Shown: in pieces, positions 13,271 through 25,700 of the stretch
Layout: each line of letters starts with the position of its first letter
How positions within the stretch are numbered: position 1 is the first letter of the stretch
Origin: Macrostomum lignano
Taxonomy: Eukaryota
Direction of reading: 5' to 3'
Length of the DNA: 51,545 nt
NCBI GenBank assembly: GCA_002269645.1
Contig: NIVC01001869.1
Span: 1-51,545, forward strand
Translations under genes and position numbers: made by a program
Notes under the pieces: model-generated
What the model was told of the DNA's origin: nothing
Database searches by the model: none
The model's input: only the letters and a program-made list of their open reading frames with translations

Positions 13271-13509
13271 CTTTAGAATAATAAAAGCTTGCAACGAAGC
13301 AAGGGTAGAACGTGTGAAGAGGAGACGCCTGCCGCTATTTTACACACAGAAATCCAAAGCGGCAGAAACTGATGCCTACGGAAATATTTATTTGCCACTT
13401 GTGCCGCCGACGCTTCGTCGCATCCGTCGCTAGAAGCAACAGAGAGTGAAAAAGAAGAAGCAGAGGAGCAGATGAGGACGAGAGGATTACACCGTGTGAC
13501 TTGCTCCCG

Positions 13510-13522
13510 CTCTCTCTCTCTC

Positions 13523-13606
<84 letters not shown>
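13510..13606. repeat. (CT)n microsatellite
   Basis: Dinucleotide run. Confidence 0.97.
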
Positions 13607-13609
<3 letters not shown>

Positions 13610-14440
13610 TCACCTGGGTGGGGATTTTATCCCACCACCCAACTCCGTAGTCAGCCAAAGCCTTTCCCTCTTTCTCTCTCATGGGATTTCTCGGCGCTTC
13701 TTTTGCTGGGCCAATTTTCACATCCCACACGTGCACGCCCCGCTGCCTTGCTGAACAGGGGGGGGGGAATTATATCTGTTCTCCCACTTTCCCTTTTGCT
13801 TAATTTCCTTGCAGAGCCGGGGAAAAAGAAAAAAATGCCTATTGCAAAGGTATATCAGGTATTAATGCAATGCGTCCCGACTACACCGCTAAATGGAGCT
13901 TGAAAAAGTCGAACGAACGAATCTGTTTGAGGGATTTCCCCTTTCTCCTCTAGTCTATCGATAATTCCTTTCTTCCCTAAAATGAGAAAATTGTCTCTGA
14001 GTCACACTCCGGACGAGGTTTGGTAGGGTCGGTGAGAACAGAGTTAGAGCAGAGACGTCAGGTAGGTTTTAATAATAAGACAAATTAGTCTTAACCTTCT
14101 GTCCCAGTGTATGCATAACGTTATTAGAATAGATAAAATCTGCAGGAGGGTCCACGAATTTAAATCTCGTCTGTGACTTGATAATTATTCGATATACAGG
14201 CCGATTCTTTCCAACCGGCTCGGCCGGGGAGCCTGGCTGAGATTCGGGAGGGACATCAATTAGTCACTTTGTGTCCAGCTCCCGGACTGTGCATTCATCT
14301 TTCATTAGGGCATAGGTAATTCTCCTCTCTGAGCATAGCTCTCTTTTTCTTTGGCGTGTGTGTGTGTGCGTGTGCTTCTCTTTTAATGGTTTTTTAATGC
14401 TTTAGCTAGTATGGAGTTGAATATGATTCATATGGGGTAG

Positions 14441-14760
14441 AGTAGAGTAGGGAAGGGTAGGGCAAGGTAGAGTAGAGCAGAGTGGGGCAGAGTAGAGCAG
14501 AGTGGGGCAGAGTAGAGCAGAGTGGGGCAGAGTAGAGCAGAGTGGGGCAGAGTAGAGCAGAGTGGGGCAGAGTAGAGCAGAGTGGGGCAGAGTAGAGCAG
14601 AGTGGGGCAGAGTAGAGCAGAGTGGGGCAGAGTAGAGTAGAGTGGGGTAGAGTAGAGCAGAGTGGGGCAGAGTAGAGCAGAGTGGGGCAGAGTAGAGCAG
14701 AGTGGGGCAGAGTAGAGCAGAGTGGGGCAGAGTAGAGTACAGTAGGGCAGAGTAAAGTAG
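14441..14760. repeat. 20-bp minisatellite AGAGTGGGGCAGAGTAGAGC
   Basis: About 15 copies, built from 5-mers. Confidence 0.96.
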
Positions 14761-15324
14761 CATGAAAAACCAAGCCATAGCTATGAGAAATCTGCTCAAA
14801 CGGCGACAATACCAATCAGGCTTAGCCAAAAATCAAATCATAACCAAATGAGCACAGAGAAATAGCAGGATATTCTATAGCATTTTTATATTACAATAAA
14901 ACATCTGTGAGGAAAGCCAGCCCAGTGCAGAGGAAGAAATGGGGGAAGCACAGAAATTCAATGCCAACTCTGATTGCCATTTTCATTTTTAACCTTCCCC
15001 ACTTGGGCAATTCACTATTCAAACTCGTGTCTCTTTGTGAGCCTCGGTGCGAAAATAATCATATATTCCATAATTCTGTCTCTTTATTCGATTGTACGGG
15101 ACAGATTTTTTTAATACGCTCCGCCTCGCCTTAGGGTAGAGAGAGACAAAAGTGTTGTAATTGTCAACAACTTTTTTTTAGGCCAGCTGACTCTTAAGTT
15201 GAGGGATTAGCCGTGAATGTTGAAGGCATTTCAGCAGAATCGAAAAGGGAGGCGAAAGCTACTTAAAATGAGAGATTTTCGTTTTAAAAAGAGGGCGAGA
15301 AAAAATTGACTACCGAGGGGTTGG

Positions 15325-16080
15325 AGTAGAGTAGAGTAGAGTAGAGTAGAGTAGAGTAGAGTAGAGTAGAGTAGAGTAGAGTAGAGTAGAGTAGAGTAGA
15401 GTAGAGTAGAGTAGAGTAGAGTAGAGTAGAGTAGAGTAGAGTAGAGTAGGGTAGAGTAGAGTAGAGTAGGGTAGAGTAGAGTAGAGTAGAGTAGGGTAGA
15501 GTAGAGTAGAGTAGAGTAGAGTAGAGTAGAGTAGAGTAGAGTAGAGTAGGGTAGAGTAGAGTAGAGTAGAGTAGGGTAGAGTAGAGTAGAGTAGAGTAGA
15601 GTAGAGTAGGGTAGAGTAGAGTAGAGTAGAGTAGAGTAGAGTAGGGTAGAGTAGAGTAGAGTAGAGTAGGGTAGAGTAGAGTAGAGTAAGTAGAGTAGAG
15701 TAGAGTAGGGTAGAGTAGAGTAGAGTAGAGTAGAGTAGAGTAGAGAAGAGTAGAGTAGAGTAGAGTAGAGTAGGGTAGAGTAGAGTAGGGTAGAGTAGAG
15801 TAGAGTAGAGTAGAGTAGAGTAGATTAGAGTAGAGTAGAGTAGAGTAGAGTAGGGTAGAGTAGAGTAGAGTAGAGTAGAGTAGATTAGAGTAGAGCAATG
15901 TAGAGTAGAGTAAAGTAGAGAAGTATAGAGTAGAGTAGAGTAGAGTAGAGTAGGGTAGAGTAGAGTAGAGTAGAGTAGAGTAGATTAGAGTAGAGCAATG
16001 TAGAGTAGAGTAAAGTAGAGAAGTATAGAGTAGAGTAGAGTAGAGTAGAGTAGGGTAGAGTAGAGTAGAGTAGGGTAGAT
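15325..16080. repeat. (AGAGT)n pentanucleotide satellite
   Basis: About 150 units with AGGGT variants. Confidence 0.97.
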
Positions 16081-16533
16081 TGTGGCAGAGTAGTTTTATA
16101 TACCAAGTACACTCCTTTTTTCTGCTAACAGTCAAAAACTGCTCAATTGCGCATGTTAGTTTTAAGCAAAAGCAGAAGCCACTGATCCATTTGTCTGCCT
16201 TGCACAATAAAACCCCGCCTTCCAAAATCTCGCCGGTCTTAGTTGTTTAATTAATTAAAATCGGGACTGAGCTCACCAGACCTGCCGTTTGGCAGTCGTT
16301 TATAGAATTTGATAGCTGAGCCTCCGCACCCCCAGCCTGTCTAAAAATAGGAGCAGATCAATAAAAACAGACAAATGCAATTAATGCCCGAGCCAGAGTG
16401 CCTAGGTTTGCATTACAGAACAGTTTCTGGGTAGAAATGCAATCGATTTGATTTTTGTCGTGTTCAATGAATTTGTTTTAGTGCGTTTTTTGTTTTAAAC
16501 GATCGTTAAATTAGTTAATGTGCGAGTAAGTAC

Positions 16534-17290
16534 ATGAGTGAGTTTCTGAGTGAGTCCGTAAGTGAGTTTATGAGTGAGTTCATGAGTGAGTTCATGAGTG
16601 AGTTCATGAGTGAATTCATGAGTGAGTTCATGAGTGAGTTCATGAGTAAGTTCATGAGTGAGTTCATGAGTGAGTTCATGAGTGAGTTCATGAGTGAGTT
16701 TCTGAGTGAGTTCATGAGTGAGTTCATGAGTGAGTTCATGAGTGAGTTCATAAGTGAGTTCATAAGTGAGTTCATGAGTGAGTTTATGAGTGAGTTCATG
16801 AGTGAGTTCATGAGTGAGTTCATGAGTGAGTTCATGAGTGAGTTCATAAGTGAGTTCATAAGTGAGTTCATGAGTGAGTTCATGAGTGAGTTCATGAGTG
16901 AGTTCATAAGTGAGTTCATGAGTGAGTTCATGAGTGAGTTCATGAGTGAGTTCATGAGTGAGTTCATGAGTGAGTTCATGAGTGAGTTTCTGAGTGAGTT
17001 CATGAGTGAGTTCATGAGTGAGTTCATGAGTGAGTTCATGAGTGAGTTCATGAGTGAGTTCGTGAGTGAGTTCATGAGTGAGTTCATGAGTGAGTTCATG
17101 AGTGAGTTCATGAGTGAGTTCATGAGTGAGTTCATGAGTGAGTTCGTGAGTGAGTTCATGAGTGAGTTCATGAGTGAGTTCATGAGTGAGTTCGTGAGTG
17201 AGTTCATGAGTGAGTTCATGAGTGAGTTCATGAGTGAGTTCATGAGTGAGTTCATGAGTGAGTTCATGAGTGAGTTCATGAGTGAGTTCA
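16534..17290. repeat. 12-bp satellite ATGAGTGAGTTC, about 63 copies
   Basis: Highly regular 12-bp period. Confidence 0.98.
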
Positions 17291-18006
17291 TCGGTGAGAA
17301 CCGCCTCAGCTAACTCCCTGTCAAGCGCTTTTCTACGCCATCATCGGGAGTCTGCGACCCCCCCCCCACATCAACCACACCCCCACCGCGCCCGCAATTA
17401 CAAGGTCGGCATATCAAAGGCGAGCACCAACCCCCTCACCCCAAGCAGTATCGGATTTCATCTTTTAGAAGCAGTTGGACGCAACTCAGAGTTTGAGTCG
17501 ATTGGAACAAGAAAGAGTGACGTAGAACTCAGCTTTGTTGTGGGTTTTGTACACTGGCCAACCGCCAGTTTTCAGAGAGCCTCCTAAAGGCCTTTGTTGA
17601 CCGCTCATGCCCTGTCGTCTTCTGGCGGTTCCTTTCTTGTTGTTGATTTTTTGCAAGAGACTCTGCAGTCTCAACCCCTCCCCCGGTTTGCTTTGCCTCT
17701 CGTTCGCCAGAGTTCTTTTTCTTCCTCTGAAGAATTAAAAAAAACTTCGACTATTTTTCTGGTTGTTGATTACGTAATCAAAAGAAAATGTTAAGGAAAT
17801 TCCCTTGAAGGAGAATCCTCGTGGCTATAGCCAAGCAGAGTAAGAAACGGTCGAACGCTAAATGGACAAAAACATTCTAGTAGGAAATCTTCAGTTTTTT
17901 AGGAAGCCCCTCTTTGTTGTTGTGGCAGAGCGGGGCTTCAAGCGAAGCTGAGTTTGAAAACAGGGGAGGTGAACCTTGACCCCGGCGCTGACCAACAGTT
18001 TTTAAT

Positions 18007-19522
18007 TAGTGTAAACTAGGCGCTAAACACTAGAGTGTAAACATAAACTAGGCGCTAAACACTATAATTTAAACATAAACTAGGCGCTAAACACTATAAT
18101 TTAAACATAAACTAGGCGCTAAACACTAGAGTGTAAACATAAACTAGGCGCTAAACACTAGAGTGTAAACATAAACTAGGCGCTAAACACTATAATTTAA
18201 ACATAAACTAGGCGCTAAACACTAGAGTGTAAACATAAACTAGGCGCTAAACACTATAATTTAAACATAAACTAGGCGCTAAACACTAGAGTGTAAACAT
18301 AAACTAGGCGCTAAACACTATAATTTAAACATAAACTAGGCGCTAAACACTAGAGTGTAAACATAAACTAGGCGCTAAACACTACAGTGTAAACATAAAC
18401 TAGGCGTTAAACACTACAGTGTAAACATAAACTAGGCGCTAAACACTAGAGTGTAAACATAAACTAGGCGCTAAACACTATAATTTAAACATAAACAAGG
18501 CACTAAACACAAGAGTGTAAACATAAACTAGGCGCTAAACACTAGAGTGTAAACATAAACTAGGCGCTAAACACTATAATTTAAACATAAGCTAGGCGCT
18601 AAACACTAGAGTGTAAACATAAACTAGGCGCTAAACACTATAATTTAAACATAAACTAGGCGCTAAACACTACAGTGTAAACATAAACTAGGCGCTAAAC
18701 ACTACAGTGTAAACATAAACTAGGCGCTAAACACTACAGTGTAAACATAAACTAGGCGCTAAACACTAGAGTGTAAACATAAACTAGGCGCTAAACACTA
18801 TAATTTAAACATAAACTAGGCGCTAAACACTATAATTTAAACATAAACTAGGCGCTAAAAACTACAGTGTAAACATAAACTAGGCGCTAAACACTAGAGT
18901 GTAAACATAAACTAGGCGCTAAACACTATAATTTAAACATAAACTAGGCGCTAAACACTACAGTGTAAACATAAACTAGGCGCTAAACACTACAGTGTAA
19001 ACATAAACTAGGCGCTAAACACTACAGTGTAAACATAAACTAGGCGCTAAACACTAGAGTGTAAACATAAACTAGGCGCTAAACACTAGAGTGTAACCAT
19101 AAACTAGGCGCTAAACACTACAGTGTAAACATAAGCTAGGCGATAAACACTAGAGTGTAAACATAAACTAGGCGCTAAACACTATAATTTAAACATAAAC
19201 TAGGCGCTGAACACTACAGTGTAAACATAAACTAGGCGCTAAACACTAAAGTGTAAACATAAACTAGGCGCTAAACACTATAATTTAAACATAAACTAGG
19301 CGCTAAACACTATAATTTAAACATAAACTAGGCGCTAAACACTATAATTTAAACATAAACTAGGCGCTAAACACTATAATTTAAACATAAACTAGGCGCT
19401 AAACACTATAATTTAAACATAAACTAGGCGCTAAACACTATAATTTAAACATAAACTAGGCGCTAAACACTATAATTTAAACATAAGCTAGGCGCTAAAC
19501 ACTAGAGTGTAAACATAAACTA
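18007..19522. repeat. 32-bp minisatellite AAACTAGGCGCTAAACACTA[GAGTG/CAGTG/TAATT]TAAACAT, about 47 copies
   Basis: Period of 32 (18013, 18045, ...). Three variant classes. Confidence 0.98.
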
Positions 19523-19954
19523 AAAATAACTTTGTCAGGAATTTTCAAAGACATAAATCATTATTATTGCTTATAATTTCTAGAATTGAGTTGAAGCCAT
19601 CTCATCATCGTCAGAAAGTTTCTCAAGCATCTTTGTAATTATTTAGCGGTTAAGGGGGGTTGGAAATAGAGGTAGGACTTTCAACGAATTATTTGATCTA
19701 AATATATCTTAATTTGCAGTTTCACAAGTGACAATAGCTTAATGACTGTGTTTATATCTGCATAGATCCTTTGCCAAATAATTGGCATATATGAACAATT
19801 ATGTAAACATGTAAGGCAAAGTATTTATGGAAATTCGAACTGCAAAATCTGAAGCGAATCTAGCCATGATTTATAGCTGTGGATCTGAATGTTGACTTGT
19901 GTATTTATTGCCAGCCTTTACCGATGGTAATAACTAATCTTAGGTTTCAAGAAT

Positions 19955-20750
19955 AGGTAGAGTAGAATAGAATAGAGTAGATTAGAGTGGGGTAGAATAG
20001 AGTAGATTAGAGCGTTGAGTGGATTAGATTAGAGTAGAGCAGGGTGAGTGAGTGGAGTAGAGTGGGGTAGAGTAGAGTGAGTAGAGTGGCGTACAGTGGT
20101 GTAGAGTAGAGTAGAGTGAGTAGAGTGGAGTAAAGTGGGGTAGAGTAGAGTGAGTACAGTGGATTAGAGTGGGGTAGAGAAGGGTAGAGTAAAGTAAAGT
20201 ACAGTAGAATAAAGTAGAGTAGAAATGAGTAGAGTTGAGTGAGTAGAGTGAGTAGAGTGAGTAGAGTGAGTAGAGTAGAGTGAGTAGAGTGAGTAGAGTG
20301 GATGGAGTAGAGTAGAGTGAGTAGCGTGAGTAGAGTGAGTAGAGTGAGTAGAGTGAGTAGAGTAGAGTGAGTAGAGTAGAGTGAGTAGAGTGAGTAGAGT
20401 GGATGGAGTAGAGTAGAGTGAGTAGAGTGGATGGAGTAGAGTAGAGTGAGTAGAGTGAGTAGAGTGGATGGAGTAGAGTAGAGTGAGTAGAGTGAGTAGA
20501 GTGGATGGAGTAGAGTAGAGTGAGTAGAGTGAGTAGAGTGAGTAGAGTAGAGTGAGTAGAGTGAGTAGAGTGAGTAGAGTAGAGTGAGTAGAGTGAGTAG
20601 AGTGAGTAGAGTGAGTAGAGTGAGTAGAGTAGAGTGAGTAGAGTGAGTAGAGTGAGTAGAGTAGAGTGAGTAGAGTGAGTAGAGTGAGTAGAGTGAGTAG
20701 AGTGAGTAGAGTGAGTAGAGTGGATGGAGTAGAGTAGAGTAAGTAGAGTG
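19955..20750. repeat. GAGTAGAGT (9-bp) / AGAGT mixed satellite
   Basis: Degenerate 5' part and regular 3' part. Confidence 0.93.
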
Positions 20751-21871
20751 GGCAGATCAGTAGAGCAGAATTGAGCAGTCAGCTGTAGAAAGCTCAGTCA
20801 TTTTTGCAAGCCGCAGCTCAAATTTCATTTTATACTCCCCTTTGTGAGTAAAAAACTTCGGGCTATACTCAAAACTTCCTGCATAGCTCACAAACAATAG
20901 AGGTAATTTTTCAAAAGCCCCCCCCACAAGAAGGGGGGGGTGTTTAAGTTGACAGACGCTTTTGAGGCCTCCTTGCTACCTTGCTACAGTCCCGTGTGAC
21001 ATTAAAATGTCACTGATAGGCGATAACACCAACTCAACCGTGCATAGGGATATATTGAGTGCTGAGCCGGTTGAGTCCATGACTCATTTTGCATACAAAA
21101 TGAAGCCGAGAAGGGTGTTAGGTAATCCCCGCCGCCACCTCGACAGGACCAAAACCCACCCACCCATCAATTACATCAAACATGTCAAGTCACAACCCTC
21201 TGTAGCAGCTAAATTTTTAAGGCCTACTTTTAGAGAAGTGGTGAAGATTGATATATATCCAACCCAAAATCACGAGAAGAGGCCAAAGTGTTAAGTCACT
21301 GCAGCCCTCATCTAAGCATCTGGTTTGCAGTTGCCGCCAGCGTCCGCAGAAATCTTGGATGACGGCAAAAAAGATAGAAATATGCAATTGCTTGTTTGCA
21401 CCTCTTCTCTACCCCCCCCCCCAAACCATCTGGACCTCTCACTTTCTCTCTCTTCCCATTTTGGGAAGAAAATGTTTTACAAATCCATTTCCAGATTCCC
21501 TAAGCCTGTCCCGCTCTGCATCACTTTGAAGAGGCAGGAGGCGGCTGCAGGACAGAGGGGGGGGAGGGTTGAAATATTATTGTATCTCGCCAAGGTGCGA
21601 TGGCAGCCCTGTCAATCACCTGTGTATTCTTACAAATTCTAAACAGGTTTCTAAGAGCTGGCATAGCGCTGATTCGTTGAACCAAGAAGAGAGTTGAATT
21701 GCTTGAAGAAGAAAAAAGTGAAAGCGAAAAATATTGGTGTCCTTATGTCTCCGTTTAAGTGTGTTTAGCAATCGGGCAGCTGTGATTGCTTTGAGGTCCG
21801 CTGGAATCCCAGCCTCTGTAAATGGGAACAGATTTCATTGCTTCACATCAGGACTCAGATTTAAGATGGTA

Positions 21872-22270
21872 AAGAGGGAGATGGTAGAGGGGAGATGGTA
21901 GAGAGGGAGATGGTAGAGAGGTAGAGAAGGTAGATAGAGAGATGGTAGAGGTAGAGGGGAGACAGGGAGATGATAGAGAGGTAGGGGGAGAGAGGTAGAT
22001 GGTTGAGAGGTAGAGGGGAGAGAGGGAGATGATAGAGAGGTAGGGGGAGAGAGGGAGATAGTAGAGAGGGAGATGGTAGAGAGGTAGGGGGAGAGAGGGA
22101 GATAGTAGAGAGGGAGAGAAGGTAGATAGAGAGATGGTAGAGACAGATGGTAGAGAGGGAGATGATAGAGGGAGAGAAGGTAGAAGGGAGATGGGAGAAA
22201 AGTAGATGGGAAGATAGGAGAAAGATGGAGAAAGTGAAGAGATGAAAAAGGGTTAGACAAAAGGTAGACA
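21872..22270. repeat. Purine-rich low-complexity minisatellite (GAGAGGGAGATGGTAGA-like)
   Basis: Almost only A and G, with recurrent GATGGTAGA/GATAGTAGA. Confidence 0.88.
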
Positions 22271-22686
22271 GAGGTTGGGCAGAGAGGCATACAGAAACAG
22301 AGGAGATTTAGCAGCGGACAGCAGACCCCCCAGTAGTGCCAGACAAATCTACAAGCAAAAGTGAATCCGGCAGCAAAAGTAAGCGCGGCCTCAGGTAAAA
22401 AAGTGTACGCGGTTCACAATTTTTTGGCAGGCATAATTAATTTTGACAAGCGGGCCAGCCAACTCTCGTCATCATTGTCATCCCCCTTCTGTGAAGTAAG
22501 CGTGGATGTCCGCTCACTCGTGCATTTATTAGTGAACAAAAGCGCTCTAACTATTCCCTGCGCAATGGAAATTGAGGATTCAAATTTCTGGGGAAACTTC
22601 TGCCTGTTAACTTGCAGCAGTTAATATTGCATTTCAGAATTCACCTGAGCACTGAGTAAAAAGGCCACTCCGAGGCCGTCAGCGTC

Positions 22687-22765
22687 ATGATGGAGCCGAC
22701 GAAACCGTCTGATGTTGTTTCAGTGCTTCTGCTTTTAACAGCCATGCCGAATTTGGTTTGCACTG
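22687..22765 (+). CDS. L1CAM: L1-family coding exon 1: signal peptide MMEPTKPSDVVSVLLLLTAMPNLVCT
   Basis: ATG at 22687, hydrophobic core, and donor G|GTGAGT (phase 1) matching the acceptor at 22981. An upstream acceptor TTGCATTTCAG lies at 22637. Confidence 0.8.
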
Positions 22766-25700
22766 GTGAGTTCTGACGGCTGCCTGCGAGAGATTGGGAA
22801 ATGGCATTCCGCTGACACCTGATAGTGTACGCCTGGCATGTACACTATCTGTGCCTTGGGGGCTGGCCCTCATGGCCCTCAGGACCAACCCACAAAGGCA
22901 CAGAGTCAGGACCGCTGTACACCCTGTGTGAGCGCGTGTTCTGTGTTCGGAACGACTGTCGCCCCCTCCCTCGTCCTCCAGTCCTGCTGCCGCCCTCCAT
23001 CACGCGCCAGCCGGCCGCTGAGACGCCGTTCATCCCGGGGGAGCCGATCCGGCTGGACTGCGATGCTTCACCGCCTGGCAGCGTCGAGTTCGCCTGGCTG
23101 CGCAACCGGGAGACGCTCAGCCTGCGGGACGGCCGTCGGCTGGCTGGCGGCGCTCTGATCATTGAGTCGCCGACGTTAGCGGACGAAGGTGTCTATCAGT
23201 GCCTCGCTGGCAACCGCTTCGGCTGGGCGGCCTCCCGGGTGTCGCAGGTCCGTCAGGCCGTTCTGCGGCCGTTCCCCAACGCCAGGAAGCCTCCGATTGA
23301 AAAACTGGTAGGCGACAGCCTGCGCATCCCATGCGAGTCGCCAGTCTCGTACCCGACCGCCACAGTGCTGTGGTACAAGACTGACGATCTGACCAACCGG
23401 CTGAGCACCCTGCCGATGTCTAACCGGATTGCCATTCATCCTACTGACGGTTCGCTTCTATTCGCCAATCTGCTCCTGGAAGACGGCAACGCTGGCTACC
23501 AATGCGGCGCTAGAAACGATTTTGTCAGGCGAACAGTTGAAAGTCGAGCGCACCGGCTCATCGTTCGACAGGGCGGCGACAGTTCGACAAAGCGACGACC
23601 GGCCGAGCTGATGGCCCAGAGCGACTCGCGACCGCAGCTGCTGGCCAACAGCACCGGCGATCTGTTCTGCTTCTTCAGCGGCTACCCGACCCCGCAGATC
23701 CGATGGCGTCGACCGGTTGCTGACGGCTCGGACCAGCTGCTCGAGGCCGGAACCCGCCTTCAGCTGCTCTCCGTTCGGACGAAAACTCACGCCGGAACCT
23801 TCGAGTGCTTCGCTGTGAACGGCGGCAGCAGCGCACCGGCCTCCGCTAAGTTTCAAGTAGCCGTCGTGTCGCCGCCCCGATGGCTCGATCGGCCTGAAGG
23901 CGTCGCCCTGGCCGAGGGCGCGGCCAGGCACGAGTTCCGCTGCCGGGCCGAGCCGATGGACGGCCAGCCCAGCTGGTTCGTCAACGGCCGCCCGGTTCAG
24001 CCGACGAATCCTTCGGAGCTGCACCGGCTGATCTTCGAGAACCTGACGGCGGCCGACTCGGCCATGGTGCAGTGCAAATGCAGCAACTCGCACGGCTACA
24101 TTCTGGCCAACGCGCACCTGAGCGTGCTAAACCAACCGCCAGCGTTCACAGAGCCGCCGCCGCCGGGCGGACTGAAGACCGCGGCCGGAGTTGCCAAGCT
24201 GGTCATCCCGTGTCGGACGTTCGCGGCGCCTAAACCGGACATCTGGTGGAGCCGCGACGGTCAGCGGCTGGACGGGGACTCCGGCCGCTACAGCCTGGAG
24301 CAGAACGGCGACCTAGTGATTCGTGACGTCCAGCTGTCCGACGCCGGCCGCTACAAATGCCTGGCCAGCAACCGGTTCGGCAGCAGCGAAGCAGAGTCCA
24401 GCCTGACTGTCCGCCAGCCCACCGAGATCCGCATCCCGCCGGAGTCGCAGACAATTGTCGAAGGCGCCGAAGTTCGCCTCGCCTGCACGGCTGTCACGGA
24501 CGTTGGCGAGGCTGGCAGCCTTCGGCTGACCTGGCTGAAGGACGAACAGCCGGTTGACTTCGGCAGCCGGCCGGGTCTGCTGCACAGCGGTCAGCACGAC
24601 GGCGCTTTGGTGATCTCGCGGGCCCGACCGCAGGACAGCGGCGTCTACTCGTGCAACGCCAGCAACGGGCTGGACTATGACGTCAAGAGCGCCCGCCTGG
24701 TGGTCACGGGCCGGCCCGGCGCGCCCGCCGATTTACGAGTCGCCTGCGACACGCCGGCTGCCAAGGCGACGCTCCGGTGGACAGCCGGGCCGGACAATAA
24801 CTCGCCGGTGCGGCGACACATTGTCGAGTTTGCGACGCAGTTCGACGATCACCTGTCGGGAGTCTGGCGCTCGGCCGAGTTGGCTTCGGCGGCGACAACG
24901 GCAAACTCGGCCACTGTCCGGCTTCGTCCGAATCTTTTATATCGATTTCGAGTCCGAGCTGTGAACGACGTTGGGCCGGGCGACGCCTCCGAGGTTGTCG
25001 GCGCGCCGCCAAACTGTCGGGTGCCGCCCGACCGACCCGCCGTCAATCCCGACGGTCTCCGGGCGGAGGGCAGCCGGCCGCACAGCCTGACAGTCCAGTG
25101 GCAGCCGCTGTCACCGCTGGACTACGGAGCGGACGGCCTGGCGTATGTTCTGCAGCTGCGGTGCATCGACTGCGCTGGGACGCCGATTAACCGCCCGTTT
25201 GAGAAGATCGTGTCGGATCCTAAAGTCGATCAAGTCGACATTGTCGAACTGATCATAGACGGTCGCTCTTATCCGGTAGAAATTTACCGGCGCTATCTGG
25301 TGACGCTCGTTGCTAGGAACTCGCTGGGTGACTGTCGGGAGCGACCAGCTGAAGTTCTGGGTTATTCTGGGAGCTGCAGCCGCTGGTGGCACCAAGCGAC
25401 CTTCGGGTGGCCACGGAGTCCGCGGACGCCGTTGCGGAGAATTCGGCTGTGCTAGCTTGGTCGCTTGGCATCGACCCGACTGTGGACGATAGGGTGAGTG
25501 AGGTTGCTTGGCTCGGGAATGCACTTTTAATTCAGGAATCCGGAAAAAATTTTTAAGAATCCGAAAACTTTTCTAGAAAATCCCGAAAAGTTTTTTTATG
25601 AATCCCGGAACTTTTGCAAGAACCCTGATACTTTCTTAAGAATCTCAAAATCCCGAAAAATTGATACATGTAGATCGTTAAATTTTTCAAGAATCTGCGA

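Noticed and set aside
22825-22981. ORF-track N-terminus MYAWHVHYLC... of the L1 protein
   Set aside because: It lies in intron 1. The real start is the signal-peptide exon at 22687.
25360-25380. Programmed ribosomal frameshift in the L1 gene
   Set aside because: There is no X XXY YYZ slippery heptamer. A homopolymer indel error is far simpler.
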